Shown here: positions 16,363 to 22,774 of the stretch, piece after piece
How the letters are laid out: each line of letters starts with the position of its first letter
How positions within the stretch are numbered: the stretch's first letter is position 1
Source: Myxococcota bacterium
GTDB taxonomy: Bacteria; Myxococcota_A; Polyangia; Polyangiales; Sandaracinaceae
Assembly (NCBI GenBank): GCA_036149055.1
Contig: JAYZQJ010000112.1
Span: 1 to 22,774 of the forward strand
Length of the DNA stretch: 22,774 nt
Reading direction: 5' to 3'
Position numbers and translations under genes: made by a program
The notes under the pieces: generated by a model
Seen by the model: only the letters and a program-made list of their open reading frames with translations
What the model was told of the DNA's origin: nothing
Databases searched by the model: none

Positions 16363-17270
16363 GCGCGCTCGAGGTTCGGGTACATGCCGGGGCGGGTGGT
16401 CGCGATCGCGGCCAGCCCGTCGTCGTCGCCGTAGAACGTGATCTCCTCGTCGCCGCGGCGGAAGCTGCAGCGGGCGGGCCCGCGATCGCACGCGAGGTCC
16501 TGCCCGGTGTAGCTGGCCATCTGCTCGGCGAACGCGGCGCGGGCCTCGTCGCCGCAGTGGTGATCGCTGACGAGCTCCGGCACGAGGCCGGTCTGCTCGC
16601 TGACGAACACCGAGAAGCGCGCGGGCGCCGGGCGATCGGTCGCGTGCGCGGCGCGCCAGAGCGCGCAGACCCCCTCGCCGGCCTCGACCCAGCTGCGGAC
16701 CGCGCGGCTGTCGGTGCGGGGCACGCGGGAGGCGTGGTGCACGATCGCGTCGAGGGAGAGGCGCTCGCCTTCGGTGCGGAAGTAGAACGAGTAGCCGCTG
16801 CCGTCCGGCGCCTGCGAGGTGCACCGCGAGAGATCGCGATCGCACCGAAACGTGTCGCCTTCGTTCACCGCGAACGAGGTCCCGGGGTGATCGGCCACCT
16901 CGCTGACGTCGCAGTGCTGGGCCACCCCCGTGCGCCCGCTGTCGTGCGTGCCGACGCCGCGCTGCGGATCGACCAGCCGCCGCAGCACGTCGGCCTCGAA
17001 GGTCGCACGCTTCAGCACCTCGAAGATCGCGTCGGCGTCTCCGGCGACGATGGGCTCCGGAGGCGCCTCCGCCTCTTCGGGCTCCGGCTCCGCCTCTTCG
17101 GGCTCCGGCTCTTCGACGGGCTCCGGCTCCGCCTCTTCGACGGGCTCGGGCTCGGGAGCTGGCTCGGGCTCCACCCGAGCCGTGGTGGTGGACTGGTTCT
17201 CCGTGGCGCCCCCACAACCGAGCGCGAGGACGAACCCGAGGCACAGCCAGCGGGGACTCATCTTCGACAT
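16305..17270 (-). CDS. Lipoprotein with Pro/Glu-rich stalk and two homologous Cys-containing domains (321 aa)
   Basis: Lipobox ALGC; EPEPEEA repeats; duplicated HC...CDRxxxRC...FY...L.AI...C pattern; TAGAGT 7 nt upstream. Confidence 0.85.
   Translation of the reverse strand: MSKMSPRWLCLGFVLALGCGGATENQSTTTARVEPEPAPEPEPVEEAEPEPVEEPEPEEAEPEPEEAEAPPEPIVAGDADAIFEVLKRATFEADVLRRLVDPQRGVGTHDSGRTGVAQHCDVSEVADHPGTSFAVNEGDTFRCDRDLSRCTSQAPDGSGYSFYFRTEGERLSLDAIVHHASRVPRTDSRAVRSWVEAGEGVCALWRAAHATDRPAPARFSVFVSEQTGLVPELVSDHHCGDEARAAFAEQMASYTGQDLACDRGPARCSFRRGDEEITFYGDDDGLAAIATTRPGMYPNLERAQRRDLDRFLRDLRGHACE
17053..17172 (-). repeat. Intragenic low-complexity tandem repeat encoding the Pro-Glu linker
   Basis: Repeated GGCTCCGCCTCTTCG / GGGCTCC units. 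Confidence 0.8.
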
Positions 17271-17355
17271 GGCGCGCACTCTAGCAGCGCGCGGGGAACA
17301 TGCTCCCGGCTCCCGACGTCCGAAAAAGTCCCGTGATTGTGTACGCTCGGGGGAC

Positions 17356-18477
17356 ATGACGTTCACGAGAGCCCTCCTCGTCGCCCTGCTCACCCTAGCT
17401 TGTGATGGCGAGACCGTGACCGACGCGGGCGTCGATCCGAGGGGAGACGCCGGCGTGGAGCTCGATTCGGGCCCTGCGACGGAGGACGCGGCGACCGAGG
17501 ACGCCGCGACCGGGGACGCGGGCGCCGAGGGCTGCCCGCCGGCCTCCGCCCTGGATCCGATGGCGCTCTCGCGGCGCACCCTCCGCGCCAGCGGCTGCGC
17601 CGCCTCGACCGCCGACACGCCCTGCGCCGACCACCTGCTCTACGAGCCCGCGAGCCCGGCGAGCGATCGCCTCTGGGTCATGCTGCCGGGCACGGGCATG
17701 GAGCCCGACAAGCACTCGTGGATCGGGCAGATCGCCGCGCACGTCGGCTTCCGCGCGCTGCTCCTCAGCTACGACACCTCGCAGAACGTCAACGAGTTCT
17801 GCCAGGCGGAGGGCACGCCGACGTGCCACGAGGCCGTGCGGGACCTCTTGCTCACCGGCGGCGAGCGGAGCGCGGGCGGCGAGACCTACCGCGTCGACCC
17901 CGCCCGCTCGGTCGTGGGGCGCCTGCTCGCCGTCCTGCGAAGCGAGGCGTGGGGCGCCGACTATCTGCGGCGAATGCCGGAGGGCCCGACCGACGTCGAC
18001 GCCGTCGACTGGAGCCGCGTGGTGGTCGTCGGCTTCTCGCTCGGCGCCGGGCAAGCGATGCGCCTCACCCAGCGCGCGCCGACCGCGGGCGCGCTCTTCA
18101 TCGACGGCGCCAAGGACCCGTGGGAGCGGGTCGGCGACACCACGCGCTACGCCGACTGGCCGACGCAGCCCATCCTGGCGCCCGCCGACGCGCTCTACGG
18201 CGCCTATCACGTGGACGGCAGCGACGTGGAGGCGCTCGTCGAGCAGTGGCGTCGCCTCGGGGTCACCGACGTGCGCGCCGACGTGGACGCCGCGGCGATC
18301 CCGCCCGACGCGCGCGTGCTCTTCACCGCGCAGACGCCCCCGAGCGGCGTCACGCCGCACCTCTCGATGGCGCGCAGCGCCGACATGCCGGCCGACGTGG
18401 ACGGCACCCGCGCGAGCGGCGCCGCGGACGTGCACCTCTACGCGGCCTACTCGAGCGTCTTCTGCGCGCTGAGGTGA
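17356..18477 (+). CDS. Lipoprotein alpha/beta-hydrolase (BPSS1187-like; 373 aa)
   Basis: Lipobox TLAC and DAG-rich linker; LWVMLPGTG oxyanion strand; DWSRVVVVGFSLGAG nucleophile elbow; HxD and PH motifs. The family name is from recall. Confidence 0.82.
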   Translation: MTFTRALLVALLTLACDGETVTDAGVDPRGDAGVELDSGPATEDAATEDAATGDAGAEGCPPASALDPMALSRRTLRASGCAASTADTPCADHLLYEPASPASDRLWVMLPGTGMEPDKHSWIGQIAAHVGFRALLLSYDTSQNVNEFCQAEGTPTCHEAVRDLLLTGGERSAGGETYRVDPARSVVGRLLAVLRSEAWGADYLRRMPEGPTDVDAVDWSRVVVVGFSLGAGQAMRLTQRAPTAGALFIDGAKDPWERVGDTTRYADWPTQPILAPADALYGAYHVDGSDVEALVEQWRRLGVTDVRADVDAAAIPPDARVLFTAQTPPSGVTPHLSMARSADMPADVDGTRASGAADVHLYAAYSSVFCALR

Positions 18478-19916
18478 TGCGGATGAGGGCGACAGCTTTG
18501 GTGGCTTTGATTCTGGTGGCCTGCGATGGCGGCGGCGCGACCGACGCCGGGTCACCTCCCGACGCCGCCCCCGTGACCGACGCGAGCGTGATGGACGGAG
18601 GAGACGCGAGCCTCCCGCTGGCGCCACCGCTGGACGAGGCGCTCGACTGCCGACGGGCGGGCTCGGCGGGTGGGCTCCCGAACGGCACCGAGCTGATGCG
18701 GGTCGACGTCGATCTCGAGCGCTACCCGGACGCGCTCTGCAACGACGGCACCGGCGGCGTGTTCTTCGTGCGTCGCGCGTCACGCCCCGAAGACCGGGAC
18801 CGCTGGGTGATCCAGCTCCTCGGCGGCGGCAGCTGCCCGGACGGTCAGGGCTGCGCGAACCGCTTCTGCGCCGAGGGCAGCCACATCGGGGCGTTGAAGA
18901 TGTCGAGCCGCGAGGCCCCGAGGCGCGGCACCACCGGCGAGGGCATCTCGAGCCCGCGGGCCGACAACCCCTTCGCCACCTGGAACCACGTCGTCGTCTG
19001 GTACTGCAGCTCCGATCTCTGGTCGGGCACCGCGCGGGACGTGACCCTCGAGGCCGAGCACCCGACCCGCGGCGAGCCGCTCCGCTACCGCGCGCACTTC
19101 CTCGGCGCGCGCATCTTCGACGCGGTGATCGACACCCTCCGCGCGGAGCCCTTCGCCTACGTCGACGCGGCGGGCGCCGAGGTGGCGATGCGCGATCTCG
19201 ACGCCGCCGAGACCGTGCTCCTCGCCGGCGCGTCGGCGGGCAGCGGCGGCGTGCGGAACCAGGTCGATCGCTTCGCCGAGACGCTCGGTCCCGACGTCGA
19301 CGTTCGCGCCGTGCTCGACGCGGTGATGTCCCCGTCGCGCGAGCGCCTCGGCTACGCGGGCTCCACGCTGTGCGCCGAGCGGGGCCTCTGCTCTCACGAA
19401 GATCACCTCCGCCCGGTGTGGGAGCAGACCCGGGCGTTCCGCGCCGCGGTGGGTGACGAGAGCTGCGTGAGCTGGCACGCCGCGAACGACCCGGGGAGCG
19501 AGTGGCTCTGCGGCGACCTCGACCACGTGCTGCGCCATCACCTCGCGACGCCCTTCTTCTTCCGCCAGGACCAGTCGGACGGGCTCGTCATGCCGAACAC
19601 GCTCGCGTTCGGCTACACGGTGCCGAGCCGCGGCGACGCGACGATGGACGAGCGCCTCTTCGCCGAGCTCATCGCGGAGGAGACGGAAGAGCTCACCACC
19701 GCCGCGTGGTGGACGAGCGAGGCCCACGAGCCGGTCGACGTCGTGCCCGGCGGCTTCAGCCCGCGCTGCGGCCACCACGAGACGCTCCGCAGCGAAGCCG
19801 CCACCTACGACGTGAGCGTGAACGACGGCGCCTTCCTCGAGGCCCTCGACCGCTGGCTCGCCGGCGCCCCGGTCAGCGCCGTCGCCCGAGACCCCGCCAC
19901 CTTCGCGTGTCCGTGA
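18477..19916 (+). CDS. Pectin acetylesterase / Notum-family lipoprotein (about 479 aa)
   Basis: TGATG coupling with the upstream gene (alternative start ATG 18483); lipobox LVAC; ALCNDGT, WVIQLLGGGSC, NPFATWNHVVVWYCSSDLWSG, LLAGASAG and C-terminal CGHH. Confidence 0.92.
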   Translation: MRMRATALVALILVACDGGGATDAGSPPDAAPVTDASVMDGGDASLPLAPPLDEALDCRRAGSAGGLPNGTELMRVDVDLERYPDALCNDGTGGVFFVRRASRPEDRDRWVIQLLGGGSCPDGQGCANRFCAEGSHIGALKMSSREAPRRGTTGEGISSPRADNPFATWNHVVVWYCSSDLWSGTARDVTLEAEHPTRGEPLRYRAHFLGARIFDAVIDTLRAEPFAYVDAAGAEVAMRDLDAAETVLLAGASAGSGGVRNQVDRFAETLGPDVDVRAVLDAVMSPSRERLGYAGSTLCAERGLCSHEDHLRPVWEQTRAFRAAVGDESCVSWHAANDPGSEWLCGDLDHVLRHHLATPFFFRQDQSDGLVMPNTLAFGYTVPSRGDATMDERLFAELIAEETEELTTAAWWTSEAHEPVDVVPGGFSPRCGHHETLRSEAATYDVSVNDGAFLEALDRWLAGAPVSAVARDPATFACP

Positions 19917-19974
19917 TCTACCGCCTCTGAGAACGCCCAGCGCGATTGGGAAACGAGGAAACTCCGTCCCAGAG

Positions 19975-21330
19975 TCAGAGGCTCTCGAGGTGGGCGAGGA
20001 GGGCGGCGCGCTCGGCGTCGTCGAGGGTCGTCCCGTAGGAGTGGCCGCGAACCGGTCCGGGGCGACGGCCGCGCTCGTAGCCTTCGTCGAAGCGGTCACG
20101 CCCGAAGAGGTCTTCGAGGCTCGGCACCGAGCCGTCGTGGAGGTAGGGCGCGGCGTCCGCGACCCGCACGAGGGCCGCCGGGCGGTAGCCGCCGGTGCCG
20201 CGCGCGTGGCCCATGGCGAGCTCGGGGTCGGTGCCGACGCGCGCCGCGGGCGCGAGGGAGTCGCCGGCCCCGATCTCGTTGTCGTGACATCGCGCGCACT
20301 CGCGCTCGAAGACCCGAGCGCCCAGCGCGGAGGGCGGCGCGCGTCGCGGCGGCGGCTCGATCGCGTACAGGAACACCGCGAGCGCGAACACGAGCTCCCG
20401 GGGCGGGCGCGCGTGGTGGTGGTTCGCCTGGATGTACTGCGTCTCCTGACGCACCAGCAGCGCGAGCGGAGACTCGTGGGTCAGCGTGCCCGCCTGGGTC
20501 AGCAGCCGCTCGTGGCGCAGGCCGTAGAGATCGGGGATCGCGATCGGCGTGTCGGCGACGTCCTCGATCACGTCGGCGCGCCCCGGCCCCCACGACTCCC
20601 AGCGCGCGCGCACGTCGGGCTCGATCTCGCGGCCGCGCGCCTCGTAGTGCGCGATGCGGACTCTGCCGTAGTCGAGCGCGCGCCGCGCCCGGCCGGCGAT
20701 CGCGGGGCCGCCCGCGGGGAGTCGGTCGGCGTGGCAGAGCGCGCAGGTGATCCCGACCTTCGGCGCGCCGTCGATGTCCCGCATCCAGACCAGGCCGGGC
20801 ATCGTCCCGTCGTCGTCGACGATCACCCCGAGCGCCTCCGCCAGCTCGGGGTCGCGCAGCGTCGTCTCCCAGAACGGCTCGTGCCGGAGCGGCAGCTCGA
20901 AGAACACGCGCTCGCCGAGGGCGCGCCACCCCTCCCAGCTCGACGGACGCTCCCCGCCCCACAGCGGGCGCGCCCGGTCGCTCAGCGTCACCCGGCCGGA
21001 CTCGCGGAAGCGGGCGGCGCTGCGCCGGGTCACCCGCTCGGTGCGCGGGTTCCATACCGGGAGCGCGTCCCAGCCGCGGGTCCGCAGCCCGTAGGAGCCG
21101 AGGCGCGTCTCGGCGTAGAGGTTGTGCCGGCTGGTGAGCGACGCCTCCATCCCTGCGCGCCGCGCGCCGTCGTCCTCGAGGTAGCGATCGGCGTGCGCGA
21201 GGATCCACGCGTCCGACCACGGCTCGAAGCGCTCGGGGGCGGGCGGCGCCGGACGGACGGAAGCAGCGCGCTCGTCGTCACACCCAGCGACGACGAGCGC
21301 GAGAGCGAGCAGGCGAAGGGCCCAGCTCAG
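19975..21330 (-). CDS. Di-heme cytochrome c lipoprotein (RoxA / bacterial CCP-MauG superfamily-like); probable CTG start (451 aa)
   Basis: CALCH and CARCH heme motifs, WGPGRAD, APYLHDGSV, GHSYG..L...ERAALL. The frame stays open 60 codons upstream of ATG 21150 and encodes SWALRLLALALVVAG-C. Confidence 0.85.
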   Translation of the reverse strand: MSWALRLLALALVVAGCDDERAASVRPAPPAPERFEPWSDAWILAHADRYLEDDGARRAGMEASLTSRHNLYAETRLGSYGLRTRGWDALPVWNPRTERVTRRSAARFRESGRVTLSDRARPLWGGERPSSWEGWRALGERVFFELPLRHEPFWETTLRDPELAEALGVIVDDDGTMPGLVWMRDIDGAPKVGITCALCHADRLPAGGPAIAGRARRALDYGRVRIAHYEARGREIEPDVRARWESWGPGRADVIEDVADTPIAIPDLYGLRHERLLTQAGTLTHESPLALLVRQETQYIQANHHHARPPRELVFALAVFLYAIEPPPRRAPPSALGARVFERECARCHDNEIGAGDSLAPAARVGTDPELAMGHARGTGGYRPAALVRVADAAPYLHDGSVPSLEDLFGRDRFDEGYERGRRPGPVRGHSYGTTLDDAERAALLAHLESL

Positions 21331-21908
21331 GTCACCACCTCGGCCTCGCGGCTCGCCGGCTCGAACTCGAGCGTGCGCTCGATGCCGTCGATGCGGACGT
21401 CTGCCTCGATGCGGAAGCTCATGCCGTAGGTCCGGTGCGCCTCGCCCGAGCCGATGGCCGACCAGTCGGGCGCGTCGAGATCATACGACACCGCGAGGTC
21501 CGCTCCCTCGAACACCATCTGGTCCCAGGCGATGTAGCCCTCTTCGGTGAAGCGGCGGGCGTTGCGGCTGCTCAGCTCCTCCACCAGCTCGCCGTCCATC
21601 GTGTACATGCGCACGCGCAGCACCTCGAACGGCACCGGGTCTCCGCTCTCGGCGGCGACGAGGCGGAGGCGCATCCCGGTCTGGGTGCAGCCGAAGCCGC
21701 AGCCCGGGCCGTCGCAGTCCCCGCCGATGAGCCCGGGGCCCTCCGCCGGATCACCGGGCTCGCCGCTGCTCCCGCAGTCGTCGCCCAGGGTGACGGCGGC
21801 GATCGACGCCTCGACATCGAGCGCGCTCTCACGCGTGTGGCTCATGCAGGCGGTGAGGAGCGCGGTGGCTCCGACCAGGGCGAGAAGGATCTTCAGGCTA
21901 CGGTTCAT
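21327..21908 (-). CDS. Lipoprotein of unknown function (193 aa)
   Basis: SD GGAGGT; lipobox LTAC; VTLGDDC...CDGPGCGFGCTQ Cys cluster followed by a beta-rich domain. Confidence 0.88.
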   Translation of the reverse strand: MNRSLKILLALVGATALLTACMSHTRESALDVEASIAAVTLGDDCGSSGEPGDPAEGPGLIGGDCDGPGCGFGCTQTGMRLRLVAAESGDPVPFEVLRVRMYTMDGELVEELSSRNARRFTEEGYIAWDQMVFEGADLAVSYDLDAPDWSAIGSGEAHRTYGMSFRIEADVRIDGIERTLEFEPASREAEVVT

Positions 21909-21940
21909 CGGGCTGACCTCCGTTGGGACACCCCGTGCTC

Positions 21941-21956
21941 TTCACTCGGTGTGCCA
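21941..21956 (-). promoter_or_regulatory. Possible sigma-54-like promoter for the lipoprotein-cytochrome pair
   Basis: TGGCACA-CCGA-GTGAA has a good -24 box but GA instead of GC at -12. It sits upstream of the SD of gene 21908. Confidence 0.3.
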
Positions 21957-22011
21957 AGCCGTTCTTGGCCGGAACGTGCCGAAGGTGCGTGCCGGAGTGT
22001 GCCGGTCGGGC

Positions 22012-22413
22012 TCAGATCGAGGTCGACGTCTCTCGGGCCAGCTCGCTGCCGTCGCGCGACACGACCACCTCGACGGACGTCACGGCGGGCTCCGAGGAGG
22101 AGTCCTCTCGAAGGCTGACGGTGATCGTCGAGCCGTCCCAGGCGACCTCGGCGTCGGTCGCTCCGGAGCAGCTCTGCCGCTCGGCCGTGAGCGCGGGCCC
22201 GACCGAGCAACGCACCGTTCGGTCCGCCGTGATGACGTCGAGCTCGAGCGCGCCTTCGGACAGGTCCGAGGAGTGGTCCAGCTGGACGGTGAGCGCCGAG
22301 GAGCAGTCGGCGGCGCTGCACTCCAGGGACATGCTGCAACCGCCGAGAACGAGCGAGCCTCCGGCGAGCACCGCGGAGAGAAGACGAGGAAGTCGAAGCG
22401 TATTCGTGTTCAT
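22012..22413 (-). CDS. Small Cys-rich lipoprotein (133 aa), C-terminally truncated paralog of 12399-12860
   Basis: Lipobox LGGC. SLECSAADCSS, RCSVGP, WD..T..V.L and SV.V.VS..G.EL.RET align with the paralog, but the PNGPGCxPTC tail is missing. Confidence 0.75.
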   Translation of the reverse strand: MNTNTLRLPRLLSAVLAGGSLVLGGCSMSLECSAADCSSALTVQLDHSSDLSEGALELDVITADRTVRCSVGPALTAERQSCSGATDAEVAWDGSTITVSLREDSSSEPAVTSVEVVVSRDGSELARETSTSI

Positions 22414-22426
22414 GCCGCCCGCGCCG

Positions 22427-22442
22427 TGCGCATCCCGTGCCA
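22427..22442 (-). promoter_or_regulatory. Putative sigma-54 -24/-12 promoter
   Basis: TGGCACG-GGAT-GCGCA has exact GG-N10-GC spacing and ends 13 nt before ATG 22413. Confidence 0.5.
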
Positions 22443-22520
22443 GTCCATACACGGCAACCTCCGCTCCCGAGAAGGTGCCGGCCTGTGCCAGAGCGTGAGC
22501 AGATCGAGACCACGACCGGA

Positions 22521-22774
22521 GACGAGCGAAGCGAGGTCGCCGCACGCGCCACCCCGCCCCTGTTCGGTCCCGCGGCAGCGGGCGGTCAGCGAGTGCGAGC
22601 CGGGGCGCTTCACACCCCCTTCCGAGCGACTGGGCCGAGACGACGGCAGGCGACGAGCGCAGCGAGGTCGCCGCACGAATCACCCCGCCCCCGTTCGATC
22701 CCGCGGCAGCGGGCGGTCAGCGAGTGCGAGCCGGGGCGCTTCACACCCCCTTCCGAGCGACTGGGCCGAGACGA
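22521..22774 (-). repeat. Two tandem copies of a 131-bp repeat, running off the window edge
   Basis: 22521-22643 and 22652-22774 are near-identical. Each contains the GGCGAC-C-TCGCT(T/G)CGCTC-GTC hairpin motif of the left-end array on the minus strand. Confidence 0.92.

Noticed and set aside
17718..18476. 732-aa version of the pectin acetylesterase
   Set aside because: The extension overlaps the upstream hydrolase out of frame. The lipoprotein signal begins at 18477/18483.
131..22774. Composite transposon bounded by the inverted repeats
   Set aside because: There is no transposase, integrase or resolvase, the cargo has host-like composition, and the repeats are tandemly iterated rather than single termini.

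Overview
Very GC-rich window, most likely from a myxobacterium (Myxococcota, probably Polyangiales/Sandaracinus-like). This is an inference from the many lipobox proteins with DAG-rich linkers and Cys-rich motifs. It holds about 24 genes of mixed accessory function. Recognisable products: a VgrG-like gp27/gp5-OB protein, Zn-dependent alcohol dehydrogenase, DCC thiol-disulfide oxidoreductase, metallophosphoesterase, ADP-ribosylglycohydrolase, AI-2E transporter, acid-ceramidase-like Ntn hydrolase, two lipoprotein serine hydrolases and a di-heme cytochrome c. Ten genes encode lipoproteins, most of unknown function. Both ends carry the same palindromic repeat family in inverted orientation. The strongest unexplained signals are: (1) a compact, P4-less SAM-I riboswitch at 15612-15707 whose P1 helix overlaps the Shine-Dalgarno of a gene unlike any methionine/SAM gene I recognise; (2) an orphan VgrG-like hub with a Sec-type signal peptide and no spike; (3) a di-heme cytochrome lipoprotein that appears to start at CTG; (4) a window-wide pattern of leaderless, often bidirectional, -10 promoters; (5) an AT-rich 71-bp palindrome. 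All calls are by eye; no database searches were run.
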